Shown one piece after another: positions 38,101 through 51,700 of a DNA stretch of 64,000 bases (position 1 is the stretch's first letter; every line of letters begins with the position of its first letter). The notes under the pieces were generated by a model, which was not told the DNA's origin, searched no databases, and saw only the letters and a list, made by a program, of their open reading frames with translations. The translations under genes and the position numbers were made by a program. The stretch is from positions 28,970,628 through 29,034,627 of the forward strand of contig OZ037767.1 of NCBI GenBank assembly GCA_964035545.1, in the 5' to 3' direction. Source of the DNA: Bugula neritina (taxonomy: Eukaryota; Animalia; Bryozoa).

Positions 38101-40916
38101 TGAATGGAAATGTTGGCCCAAGCATTTATGGGTTGGTTAAGCAACAGAGTAATTTGATGTTGGCAGCCGCCGTATATCAACAGTTGCTGCCATGCTGACT
38201 TACCAAGTCCATGCTGCCGAAAGACTGCCAATGCGTGCTTTCGTAAATCCTTCCATCTCCCGTTCTTTTCATGAACCAAGCCATACCCTGGAAAATTTGT
38301 TACTTAATTTTATATTTGTTGGACTCAAACATTCAAACAAATGCTCTAAGAAAATAAAATAAAATTTAACTATTTATTCTGGAAGCAACACAAGTCAAGT
38401 ATTCAAGTTTCTGAAATATTGAAAACAGCTGACTTGTATTACAGAAAAAAAGCTTTCAACTAGATTGTACAAATTTCCTTCTATCCAAATCTATGGAATT
38501 GCTTTTCATTACTGAACAACACGTATAGAATGCAAACTTTGGCATATCTCTTGCATCACCTGAACGTTTAGAAAATTTTGCCTATTAGTGCTGAAAATAT
38601 TACATTTAAAGGAGCTTTTACAAACTGTTGAAATGGAATATTTTATTAACCTTCAAAACAAATTTTGACAGTAATATCAAAAATATTAAAATTGACATAG
38701 CAATAATATATTATTGAATTAAGATTGAATGTTTCTTGTATGAAGTAGCATTATACTAACTCAGCTAAATGAACTATTGTGGGGAGTGTATTCAACGTAC
38801 CGTTAGTAGCAGGGTTTCGCATTATCTCTGGCCGATCACTCAGTATTGCTGAATTTTTCACAAAACCATCATATATGGCTTCGGCGCTGTTGAGGACCAC
38901 AACTTTCCCATTTCCGACGTGTAAGGTCACAACTTCACCATATTTCTTTTTTAATTCTGTTTTTAAACATAAAAGTCTTTCTCAGTAATATGTAATACAT
39001 TTAGCTATCAACTGATAATATACTTCTAGTGGTGTACACTATAAGCTTGGCTTGTCATTGCCAAGTCAATATTAATTTCATAATTTTGTTTCACAATTCC
39101 AATTAGTGTCGCATTAGTTCTGCAGTTTCGTTTAAGAATTGCCACTTTCTATCAGCTTGTACTTTATGAATAATATCAGTAATTAATAAAATATGACAGC
39201 CAAAACCAAGACATTTGCTAGATGACACTGTATTTTGACTCAATGATATTCTGTATTATATGAACCGAGTAATCAAATCACGCGACTGCTTCCTCTTCAG
39301 TAACTTGTATATATTCTTATATGTCGATGGTAATAAACCATCTTCTCGTGCACACACCTCAATGACATGTCTGAATCATAAATTCATTATAACAGGTTTC
39401 TTTGGTTTTAGGATATTTAATTAGAACAATTCAATATTCATAGTTCTAATAAATACCACAGAACAATAAAAATTGAACCAAGCCTTAGCTCAAACAACTA
39501 GCTGGTGAGTTTTAGTATATACCATTCAATTGACCAACTAAAAATATTAGATGAAGTATGGAACTTGGTCTCATTTGTAATTCTAGGAATGGGAAAAAAG
39601 TTTCCATATTTTAGGACAGATGAGGCTTTGTCCTTGCTCCACAGAAATGCTAACTCATGCTTTTCGAGAGCCCAAATGCTACACCCAGTCCAAATGCTAA
39701 TCAACTTTAAAATCCAAGACTTTGTCTGCTGCACATTTGCCCCAATTATATATAACTTGCAGGATAATATTAGGCTTTAATTTGCTCTTTAGAAGCATTC
39801 TAAGTTAACAAAGCTGCACCCAAAGACTAAATTTTCAAAAAGAATTTCTCATATAGACAAATCTTATGTTTTTATACATGCCAACACTTGACCTATCCAT
39901 GGTGGTATTTATAAAGCAAATGTTTTCCATACTTTTAGGTACTCAAATATTTAGATAAGGCTTTAGATAGATTTGATTAATGAACCGATGGCTACGTAAA
40001 TAACCAAAATGCATTTGGAATATGGCTATTTAAAAGAAATTCTAAATTAGAAATAAAAATAGAATAAAAGTTAATTTCCATGCATAAAATTTAAAAAACT
40101 GGGAACAGTTTTTCTGTATTTTGTCAACGTTTTCAGCTAGCAATTAAAGTTGTTATCAATATCAATGATCAACGCAGTAGCTATATTAATCATTTTAGGA
40201 TAGTTTGAATAACAATACTCAATACTAAATAAACAATTCAGCAACAAATCTTTGGAGATGACAGATGACAATACAGCCTCTATGAAAAGGCAAAACACAA
40301 ACAAATAAACCTCTTTCTATAAATAAATTTGTTTAATATTCAGTGTAAGATTCTCTAAAATATATACAGCTCACCATAAATTCTTTTGAAGACATTGGTG
40401 CTGGTATAGAACCAGTGACTGTGCCCAACAAAAGGAAGGGGCCATGGGCCAGGGGGGTACCTCCTTCTGTCCCAAACTGGCCAGTTGTGCAACACAAGTA
40501 GAACCAAGGTGATCAGCACCAACACCCACGTCTGCACCGATAAGAAACCTCTCGGCTCCTCAATTTGTTGCTCAGCAACAACTACATATAAGACGATAAT
40601 TAACTTGAAAACAATTTAATAGAACTCGCAAAATTAATTAAAAAATATAAAATATGTATAAAAAATTTTTTGAAAATGAGAAATTAATTTTTTTGCTACA
40701 GAATTGCAAAAAAATTATTATTGATATTTATGTAATATTTTCAGAAAATTAATTTTTAAAAACTGACTTGGTAAACCACTAAATAAAAAAAATCAGGCAA
40801 TATTAGTACTTACGATTTAGCTGTTGTGAGCTTTTACCACTAGAGAACCCAAAATATGTCACCGGGTTTAAACAATCAAGTAAGCCTTCACTTGTGTGTG
40901 AAGGAAAGAAAGACAT
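35104..40916 (-). CDS. Cytochrome P450, CYP2 clan, 531 aa, 10 coding exons
   Basis: Exons 40916-40814, 40581-40375, 38956-38801, 38287-38204, 37696-37458, 37276-37090, 36620-36477, 36158-36009, 35835-35689 and 35282-35104, all phase-compatible. Motifs: TM anchor + PPGPWPLPFVGH, WKDLR (C-helix), PRDYIDHYL, AGTDTT (I-helix), ELFR (K-helix), PDRF and heme FSAGKRVCLGE. The first exon is less certain. Confidence 0.95.
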
Positions 40917-41014
40917 GATTAAAGTGTTGATAGTGTAGACTGTACCAGAACAGTGAAAGCTGACCGCATGGGGTACAGGTTGCATACAAACTGCTCTGCC
41001 CACACTCACTGGCT

Positions 41015-41024
41015 CCTATATATG
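41015..41024 (-). promoter_or_regulatory. Putative TATA box of the P450 gene
   Basis: ATATATAGG on the - strand, about 100 nt upstream of the proposed ATG (40916). Confidence 0.4.
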
Positions 41025-41575
41025 GCTTTCTCATCTTCCCACACTCTCTAAACATCCAAACAAAATTTTGCTTTCAATTTATTAGGATTGCTGAAACACA
41101 CGGTCACCCAATTATAATGCATTTGCTACAGTTGGCTTCTCTCAGTGATGATGCAGACTTTGTAGCTATAAGTTGCTGAAACTCTGCCAACTTTTCACTA
41201 CACGCTCGTTGGGTGTCAACCATTGTTAACACTTCTCAATTAAAAAGGTGTTAACTAAACTGCAAATAACGCAAACCAGTAATTATATAATTATGATTAA
41301 AGTATTAAGTTTCTATGTCTTCAATGAATAGTTATAAAATGAAATGTGATTTTGAAGTGCCACATCAATGGAGGTCACATTTTTTCCACACATTAACACA
41401 CATTGATCCAGAGCAGCCGTCTGATAGTAGATGGTATGCTGCCAAACAATGTCTCGGCAGCATTAGGAGCTGCAAGGCTGCATCATCTGTTTGTGACCTG
41501 AAATTTGTCAGGATATACATACTATACCCAAACACAGTACCACACAGGTAAAGGTGAGTAGAGAAATAAGTAAAT

Positions 41576-41655
41576 ACCCTCCCCCTACCCCTCCCCTACC
41601 CCTCCCCTACCCCTCCCCTTCCCCCTCTTTCTCCCTCTTCCCACCTCTCCCCCAC
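41576..41655. repeat. C-rich tract with (cccctccccta) repeats; G-quadruplex-capable on the - strand
   Basis: At least eight runs of G4-5 separated by 1-2 nt on the - strand. Confidence 0.75.
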
Positions 41656-42599
41656 AGGCAAACAATGACAGGCAGATAATTAGTAAATCAAAGTGAATCA
41701 AACCCAGACTTGATGATATTGTTGATTTTTGCAGATATAAGTACTGAGCCTATTATACTGTACAGTTGCAATAGATTTACTAATGTAAAACATTTACCTT
41801 GATAACATCATATATAATATATTAAAATGCAAACAAATTGACTATGTTTAAAATACCCATAATTTTAAGGAACTTTTGGTCTGATCAGCTGTCTATTGAT
41901 ATCTTGGATATGCTTTCTTGCTGAGGCTACAGAATAGCGTTTCTAAACTTCTCAATAGCTATTTAAACTTTTGTCAAAAATTCTTTTAAAAATTTTGCCA
42001 TTACTTAGTATTCACAGAGTTTCTGATTGGTCCCCATATGTAAGCTAAAAATAAGTCCAGTTTTTGTGTTTAACATTTTGCAAGAGTTGCATCAGAGTAT
42101 TCTTTTATTTCCAAAGAAACAGCATTTTAATCCTTCATACTTTACTTAAACTAGCTGTGTCACTGCGGAATGGAGATTTAAATATATTTGAATTTAAACC
42201 GGGATTGTGCAATGTGACATTCAATTATTAATTTTTAATGTGAAAACCACCCCAAATCTCCAACTGACAGGTCAATATTAGAGTCATTCAGCCCCTAACC
42301 TGGGGGTGGGGGGGGGGGGAAGGAGGGCTTTTTTAATCTTGTGATTGAAGTAAAAACGGAAAAATTTCTTTATTGTACATATTTTACTTCTAAATACCAA
42401 AAAAGGCAGTGAACTACTAAATGTAGACATAAATGCATATAAAGGAAAGAAGTAAAAGAACTTTTGCTTTTTGATTTAAAATTTAAAAGATTTTGCAAAT
42501 TATTGCTTTGGCAAGACTTGTGTGTAAGCAAAATAAACTTTCACCAACTTAGCCTGTGGAGTCTTATGAGAGCTTTAGGTTTTGGCACTTCGTTTGCCG

Positions 42600-42703
42600 C
42601 AAGAATTCATACTAGATGTTTTAAGAACTCATACTAGATGCTGTATGAACTCTTACTAGATGCTGTATGAACCCATACTACATGTTTTAAGAACTCGTAC
42701 TAC
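42600..42703. repeat. 21-bp degenerate tandem repeat (gaactcatactagatgctgtat-like), about 5 copies
   Basis: Direct tandem copies. Confidence 0.8.
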
Positions 42704-42889
42704 GTAAGTGTCAAAATTTAGACTGCGCTATTTAAACATTGCTATTAATTATGCAATATTCATGACTTTTATGAATTTAGTTATAAATCTCAGGTTTATG
42801 CAATCTGACGTCACGCTTATGAATAATTTAAATTGATGCAATCATAAGAATAGCCACTATTACACAGCATATTCTGGTGTTGTCAGCAT

Positions 42890-42988
42890 TTATAGACTAC
42901 TTTGTAAGCAAAGAGCATATCTACAATATTCATATATAATATATATAAATATTGTAGGTATGCTCTTTGCTTACAAAGTAGTCTATAA
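42890..42988. repeat. Near-perfect inverted repeat (41-bp arms, 17-nt AT loop)
   Basis: ttatagactactttgtaagcaaagagcatatctacaatatt ... aatattgtaggtatgctctttgcttacaaagtagtctataa; one T:G mismatch. Confidence 0.9.
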
Positions 42989-43277
42989 TATTATTATACA
43001 GTATATGCTTGTTGTAGCTGCAGACCTAGTAAGAGTTCACAATAAAAGGAGTTTATTTAGTGAGGAGGCGTGGGCGTGTATACACATTACTGTGTATAAT
43101 TATTATCACAGTGCCTTCGTATAGATCTACATTATAGTCATCTATTTAATAGATTTCTAGCAAATAAAAGTTAGATGAAATATTATAGTTGTGAGAATCA
43201 TAAACCAAACCTGAAGGTAAACCATATGTTGGTGGAACAGCAGGTTGTAATGCAGATCGTTACAATACAGCAGTTAA

Positions 43278-43575
43278 TATAATATTATACATTATATGCT
43301 GTATATGCTGTTTATACAATATATAGAGCATATAATGTATATATGCTTTATGTACAGTATATAATATTATACATTATATGCTGTATATGCTGTTTATACA
43401 ATACATAGAGCATATAATGTATATATGCTTTATATACTTTACATGCAGTGTATACAGTATATACAGTATATACAGTATATACAGTATATATTGTATATAC
43501 AGTATATATTATATATACAACATATACAATATATACTGTATATAATGTATATAATGTATATAATGTATGTATACT
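43278..43575. repeat. About 81-bp tandem duplication followed by 9-bp (tatacagta) low-complexity repeats
   Basis: The block tataatattatacattatatgctgtatatgctg...gcttta occurs twice, followed by AT-rich 9-mers. Confidence 0.85.
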
Positions 43576-44383
43576 ACACTGCAATAAATTAGCAAATTGT
43601 AGCTGCAGCAGCAGATTATATAGCATATGTCAGCACAGCATATTCAAGCCTGAATTTAAAGGAATTTTCTCCTGGGCAGACTTTGCAACAGCTGACTCAA
43701 GGTGCTAAAGTCAGTCTCATTATGCTGCCTTTTGATCACAACTCATCAAGTGTTTTGGCAGCACTTGCTCTTGCCTTGATGCTGCCACCTATGAGCAACA
43801 GTATAATGACGTATTCTTAGGCAACTGCTGAAAAAAGCTGCAGCTGGTATGAAGTGATTTCATCATGTGATGTATAGAAGGCCATGTAACATTCTAACTA
43901 GATTGCTGTATTGTACTTTAGGTCAACTGGCGCCCGCGTCATGATGCGAGTTTTTGCCCTCAGCATACATTTCTTTCCTCCCAGTAACTGTTATTCGAAT
44001 TGCCATCTGCTATACATGGCTGCTGAAAAAATCGTGAAGTGCATTGACTGATCAGTAAAGCCATGTTGAGTAGCTGTTTGGGTATTTTGCTGATCAATAA
44101 GTCATTACATAGTCTAAATCCAGAAACATGATGTTACTGCAACAATTCTCATACTTATGGTTTATTAAACACAAAACCACCCACTATATTGTACATACAC
44201 CAAAAAAGTGAAAAATTAGCTATGCAGCTAAAACTTCTAATTGAGAATTAACAGCTTCAGACAAATTGTTTTAAGAGCTTTGTATTGCATTTATATTATG
44301 TGAATCAGCTATTAGTTTCATATATTGCATAATTGGAAAACATTTTTGTCATATCAAGCAATATCAAAGCATATCAATCTTCT

Positions 44384-44552
44384 ACACAGACACAACAGAG
44401 CTCTAACATAGACACAATAGAGCTCTAACACAGACACAATAGAGCTCTAACACAGACACAACAGAGCTATAACACAGACACAACAGAGCTCTAACACAGA
44501 CACAACAGAGCTTTAACACAGACACAACAGAGCCCTAACACAGACACAATAA
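44384..44552. repeat. 22-bp minisatellite (acacagacacaacagagctcta), about 7 copies
   Basis: Direct tandem copies. Confidence 0.9.
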
Positions 44553-45707
44553 AGACACTAAGTATTTAGCAGGTGGTTTTCTGGTCTGCCTTCCTGCACT
44601 AAACACTCATTTGCTGACAACAAAATGACTTTATTTTGCTCCCAAAATGTTATTCTGATCATCCCAGACTGCTGTGGTTAGATTTTTTGCTTGTCAGACA
44701 CTTGTTATGACGCACAAATTTGGCAATAAATGTCCACTGGTGCAGGCCCATTGTTATTTTTGGTCCAAGCCAAGTTGTCCAAACAATGTAATGGTGACTT
44801 ACTGATATACAACATTCATTATCAGTTTTGGCAATGTTCCAAAAGAAGACCGCATTTTACATAACAATTAGCCAACCTGAAGTCTCGTTATGCCCATCTA
44901 GAACATGACGGAATGTAGCGTTTCCTGGTGCAGGTCAAAAGATAAGGTGATTCAAATGCATATATTAGAAAAGATTTTGTTGGACAAAAAAGATTTACTT
45001 GTAAGCTGTCATCAGCATTTGACAGCGCGGCACACCCAGGCTTGCCATTGAAACTCCACTTGAGCTGTTTAGACCCACTGGCCAGGATTATATATTTTAA
45101 TTGGCTAGGCCAATCCTAACAGACTTTCATGTCACCCACGTGAAACCAAAATAAAAATAGCGGAGGTTTGTTTGGACACATTTAAAAACTTTTTTGTAAT
45201 CTTTTCTGTTTGCCAATTAAATATCATACTAATTTTGCTGGTATATATGTGTATATAAATACTTTTTAGCAAAATGCATTCAATCTTTTGCATACTTGAG
45301 TTTCAATGTATTCTTCACTATCCATTTACTATTCTATTTTTATAGCCTTCAATTTGGTACAAGATCTAACCTCTACAAGGGTATGTTGAAGCCTACCAAA
45401 ACTTAAGAACTAGTGCTGAAAAAATAATACAATTTTTATGAGTCATCAAAATAGTGACAATACATAAATAACTCAACTCAACATTAGATGTATATTTTTT
45501 TATTTCTCTCAGTAGAATAAAATAAAAAGCAATTTTTAAAATTGGTTTACTGAATAATAAATTAAAAATAATTACTAGAAACTAGCACATCTCATAATAA
45601 ATTTTTCCACAAAAAAGTTTACAAACAAACCGGCATTACAGAATTTAAAACTTATTATGTATTTTAATACAAAGTTACATGAGTGGCACTAGCAGATGTT
45701 GAAGAGA

Positions 45708-48700
45708 TCAAGCTCGGAATTTCCCCAGGGCCATAGCTGCCGGGAAGCCATACGACTCCCTGTCGTCATAACCATAGACGATACACTGGAAGTTGGTGCC
45801 CTGATTGTTCCGAATGATGTTGGTGCCGTGGGAGATGACCACAACGGCTCCAACCAAGTCAGCGTCAGCACTATCTCGAGATTTTGGCAGCATGGTCCAT
45901 GGTGTAACAAACTTAGTGATTGGTTGTTGATTTAGCTGAATGTATTCTTCCTCGCCAGCTTTAGCGACCAGAAGGGCGTATGTGGTCTGGTAGGGTTGGG
46001 GTTCAAAGTTCAGCCCTCCGGTGTACTGTGGTGTGTTCAGGAAGAAGTTGTTAGTGAACTGAGAGATGGGCGGGATAGTCATAGTGACAGGGTCGTGATA
46101 CGTCTCGTTCTACAATCATACAGTAAATTGTATAGAAAAAACATATAATCATATCAAATGCTATAACTACATGTATACTATCATCATAATATATTTGATA
46201 GAATCTGTATTATTCTGTATTCCATTTGTGTTACTTGTGTACCAATATTTAATAAATATGATCTTATAGCAATAATCAAATAATGCACAACCGTGTACAT
46301 GCTACTAAGAAATTATACTAATAATATCCAATTATATTATATACAAATCTATAAGTATGCTATATTTTGAAAAAAAGCATACAACAGTTGAATATAAACT
46401 AATTTCTGTAAATGCAAAATAAGCTCAAAACAGATACATTGATTCAATAGAATGCATTTGGTAATATTCCCTTTCACTAAATAAGTTGAAAAAGTAACTT
46501 CTTTACTAATTCTGATTTATATAACATACTAGTGGCAATTTTATCCTTAACAATAATATAGGAACAACTGACCAATTTAAACTTGCACATTTCATAAGCA
46601 GTAGAGATGATTAATGCTGCTTATTCACCTAATAAAGGTTTGCTGCAGGGAAGTTGATAAACACTAACAGCTGAGGGGGGTATCTAATTACATAGCAGAG
46701 CAGGAAATGCTTATTAAAACACGTCATCCACTTCCCTCTACCAGGCTGTTTGGCAAAGAGGCCAAAATTCAATTTTGAAAAGTTTGCAATAGACGAATAC
46801 AAGCCCTTGTTTAATTTAGTGATAGGTAAATGAAAGCTTTAATATTATTGGCTGATGGGTATGTTATTGAAATCTAAACACTTACTTTATACAAGTATTC
46901 TCTGTCTTGAGATTTGGTTAGTTGAGTTACAAACACTGGCTTCTCACACTTCAACCTGTACATGCCGTTTGAGGGGATGTCTATGATTCTATGATACCGC
47001 CCTTCCAAGGGCAAACTCAGCTTTTCTGGAATCTTAAAAAAATTATAAATAAAATTTGGTACACAAGCTAAAAACCTGCTCATGATTATATTAAACCGAT
47101 AGCTTTTCTCACCTATTCACACAACAACAATTTATATTAAATAGTTGCAATCATTTTGTCACACAGTTTCAGGTAAAGTTTTTCCAGATGTAATTAGCAA
47201 TGTTTGACAGCAAACTACTACAAGTTGAATAATGAATCATTACCAATAGTAAGACAAAGGTTGGATGAAAATTCTCAAACATTTAAAAGGCTACTATTTA
47301 TCTACTAACTAATAGTTCTAGCATTTGAGAACTCAAGCTACTACATTATCTTTTAAATTTTAAGAGCTCAAGCAATAGTTGATGTTGTATTGAGACTGTT
47401 TTGTAGTCTTTTGCTGCGAGACTACAAAACAGGGCTAAGTACAGAGCTGGGTGCAAAGAAGATGAAAAACTCTATTGAATTAGAAATTGTTTTCACATTA
47501 AAATTTGCATAAAATTAAAACTACTTCAAAAGTGAAAAAAGTATTTACAATATAAATTGTCATTCATAGTATTTTGCAACATTCAAAGATTAAAATTGTG
47601 GTAAATGTTACAAATTAACCAGAATAAATATATAGCTGATTAGCTAAAACCATGAGAGCACAACCTCATATAGCAATACCGCAAGAAAGAAATACATGAA
47701 ATAAAATAACAAAAACGCAAAATCTTAACATCTCCGGAAAAATGATCATCAATCAAGAAAAGTTACAAGCAAAAACTTAGTTTCTATCAATCAGTCAAAT
47801 AATTACACCCACATTTACATGTAACCAGCAATCAAACACAACTCAGTGGTGTGCCAGTAAATTCCATCAGTTTGCAAGATCGTGACTTTGCAATGTATTC
47901 TTACAAGATGCAACAAGTCATCAATTTAATTAAATTTCGAAAGTAAGACGATGATAGCGAGAAAGAGGGTTGGTGGGTTGTCCTACACTGCATTGTTGAC
48001 TATTTACAGTTTTAATAAATTGATAATTTTATTTGCATGAAAGCATTTACTTGTGTAAATGTGCGATTATCTTTGAAATTTAGTTGTATTGTGTAAACGG
48101 GCCATGTTATATTATAAACAGTATATATAGGCATGCAGCAGTAAAATAATGCATTATGAATTTTCCCAGGCATTGTAGCTTAAAGCAGTAAAGCTTGTAG
48201 AAATATAATGTAAAGATGAAACAAGCACTTGTCTATTGATGTCACTCCATCTACATATGCAAGACAGCAATGATATTCTATTTCGCAGCCAATTATCAAC
48301 TACCTACACCCTAAGTAACTATGCAGTTTGCTAGCGTTTTACATTTTGAAGGTTATTTCTAATTTACCTTGAAAAAATGTCAACTGCAAGTCAGTGCTGC
48401 AAATCATTTGGAATAGGAATCGATGCGATCTATAAATACTTTTTAAAATTAAATGTTTGGTGCAAACCGGAGAGCTAAAATACATTTTTTTTATAAAATT
48501 CAAACTACAAAATAGAAAATTGATGAAATCCTGAACAATTTGCATAATTCTTGAGTCAATTCGGCCGAGTTAAAAACACTCTGTGAGCTCCAACAGGATT
48601 TCAAGAGAATGACGCTAGGTCACTCCATCCTGTTCCTGTAAAGTTCTCTTAACTTCTCCATGCAAGGAGATAACATGCAAAATGACCTTTGCCTTTTACC

Positions 48701-51700
48701 TGTTACAAGATTTGAACCTTCCTGTCACTGTGTTACTCATACTCTTTGGAAACACTAAAAGAGGTTCCTACAGTAAGTACAAAATATTGTACATGATAAA
48801 TACGCTGCAGATAATCACCTCTGGCTCTTGCTGCTGATTACCAAACTTCCTGTAGAAATGGCAGATCGTACTTTCACCATTGACAGCCATGATCTGTAGT
48901 AAGTCACCAACAACTCGGTGAGGGACGGATACTATAGCAAAGTCTGTACCCCACCTACAAGTTTGCACTAAATATTTAGAAACTTAGGCAATGCAAAAGT
49001 AGTATATGATCAATTTATAGATTATATTTTCATAAAAAAACAGAAGTAATTAAAATTTAAATGTAGTAAATAATGTGACAGCTTTGACGTTCACTCACAT
49101 CACTCTACCACATGACTAGCTAAATATAAATAATTCATTAATATTATAGGCGAAGTAAACCCACATAATGACATGACTCAAGTAATGTACTAATAAGGAA
49201 CAAGCACCAGTACTGAGGGGGAGTATGGCATACCATCTAGTACCATATATTCACCTGTCTCTAGGAAGTATTTGCTCAATCAAATGGTCTCGTGACTTTC
49301 CATATATGTCGGGTACCCAAGCCCTGACATTGCCCGAGAATATGTGTATTGGTTTGGAGGAGATAACCTCTGTACCCGTGAGGTCTAGCCTGCATTCTCT
49401 AAAGGAGGGTCTGCCATCGCACCTTGCTTGCACTTGGAACGTGTCGAAAGCATTCAGCTTAGTCTTATACACCGAGCCTGCAGCAGAAACTACAAGTTGT
49501 CAACCAAAAGGCTTCTGAAAAGAATCCACTCGAGAAAAATTAATGCAGATTGAGCAGGCAAATTTGTCGAGCAAGAGGAAATGAAATGTTGCAATAATTT
49601 TGGCATACTCGCCTTTCTTGTTGTAAGGACTGGGCAAATTGTTGTCATCGGCAAGCGTCATAGTAATCTCCGTGTCATCATACAGTCCAACTATGGCGAA
49701 CTGGGTGGCGATGTGCGCCGGAGCATAACTGGACGTTTGGAACTCAGTACCAGCCTAGAAATAACGGAACACGTAATTAGTGAGAGAACAATTAGTTGAC
49801 ATGTTTATGAACATGTTGTGAGAAACTTGCCAACTAGTCTTTGGCAAGCGACTTGGACGACTCCATACTTTGACATCTTCAAACATGGCTGACAATTTAT
49901 GGCTGTTTTTATCTGGCATTAAAATGGCAATTCAAAAATGTAAATTTAAAGCAACAATGTAATTTTACCTTTTCATCTGGAAGAGCAAGAAAACCATCTG
50001 CGGTCCACCTGTCTTTATTAATACCATAGACAGAAATACTTCTATTATTCACTTCCGTTATCCTGATAGCCAACTGTTCCAGCCCTGTACCGTTTTGCAT
50101 AAGGCACCGTTCCAAAGGAAACCTAAGGACATAAATTAGCTTCAGAACTACATGCCCAAACTAGTCTTACATAATAAATCATGACTAACTATGGTAACGG
50201 ATGTTGGAAAAGAGGCAAAAATATTCAAGAAACATAAAAATCGTGCCAACTGAGCAAATTGGAGAAACATTGAAATAACAAAAATATTGTAAGGCAAGCG
50301 ATCAATGAGCAGTTTAATTTGTAATTTAGCAATTGGTGATATTCTTAAAAAAATGAATTATTTTCGACAAACTAAAATTTACTTGAGGCTAAAAGTTACG
50401 TTAGAGAATCTACAGTTTGGCAGAATGCAAGATGGACGAACCTGTAGACAGTTTTGGCCTCAACAATTACTGTCTCATTGACGAAGCAGTAGTGGTTGAA
50501 AGGCAGCCCCGGAGTGCTAACTCTGACAGTCCTATCGCCATCGTTCCAGACAGCGCTGCTGAAATATATCTCCAGAGGGATCTCCTTGAAGGACTTTTCA
50601 GTGTCATTTTCTTCAAACACGACTGTGAAAGCGTGACCAGACGATGGGTTGCCTATTTTACACTGCACGTTCCCTTGAGGATCGTCGTTGTCTACACACA
50701 CTTCTTGGTCACCATAGCAACTGTTACAGTCACATTTGTTAGTCACTCCTAAAACAGCAGGTCCCAGTGAGTCAGCTGATACAAGGTGTCACAGGGTGTG
50801 ACGAGGTGTCACAAGGTGTGACAAGCACCTGTTTTGCGTGACATACTTGAAGAAATCAGAAAGAAGTCCGCAAAAGAAGTTTAACAAGAAATAAAAACTT
50901 TGACTGAATAGAGAAGATAAATTTTAAGAAAAACAGAAACAAACGTATCATAAGACTTAACCATCATTCCTAGAGTGATTTTGAAATTCATTTTTAATTG
51001 AAAGGAAATAACAAAACCAATATTGAGTTGCTGCAGTTTTTTCTGCAACAATAGTTTGCACAGTGGCATACCAATATATTACGTAATATATCCTACTAAC
51101 ATAATATAATACAATATATTACATATATCTTACTATACTAATATATTACAATATAACTCACTATTCAGACAGCCCCGTTCCCCTTCTCTGCTGTACATAC
51201 AAGAGGGGCACCTGCACTCCTCCCTCTCTGTGATGGTGTCTATCACACACTCCTCATAGCCTATGCAGTCACACTTACACACAGCTGTACCTAGGGACGT
51301 GTCCTTACACAGCCCTGCTGGCTTGCATGGGTTGTTGCAGGCACAGCTACAATATCAAAGCTATTTAGTAGCATCACACACTGAGCTCTACTCTATTAGC
51401 AGTCAATGAGCTCTACACCAATAGCAGTCAATGAGCTCTACACCATTAGCAGACAATGAGCTATACACTACTAGCAGTCAATGAGCTCTACACCATTATA
51501 GTCAGCTGACACCCCTGACACATATTCAATTACACATACTCATATTTATAACAGCATACTGTTAGTTTTCGCTAGTCAGCCGGACAGGATTTTTGTGTAA
51601 CTTGATAACTGCATGGAAAATTCCTCTATTTTTAGAACGAAATTCATTTAAAATATTTGACACGATTTGTTAAAAAGAAAATAACTGCCGATATTGCAGA

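Noticed and set aside
43690-45080. Higher-complexity intergenic stretches that might be decayed coding or TE sequence
   Set aside because: No sustained ORF or recognisable motif in the frames examined; needs a translated search.
47808-48103. Possible second Harbinger-like element (gtgtaaacgggcc end at about 48091-48103)
   Set aside because: The partner TIR is too degenerate and no TSD can be identified.
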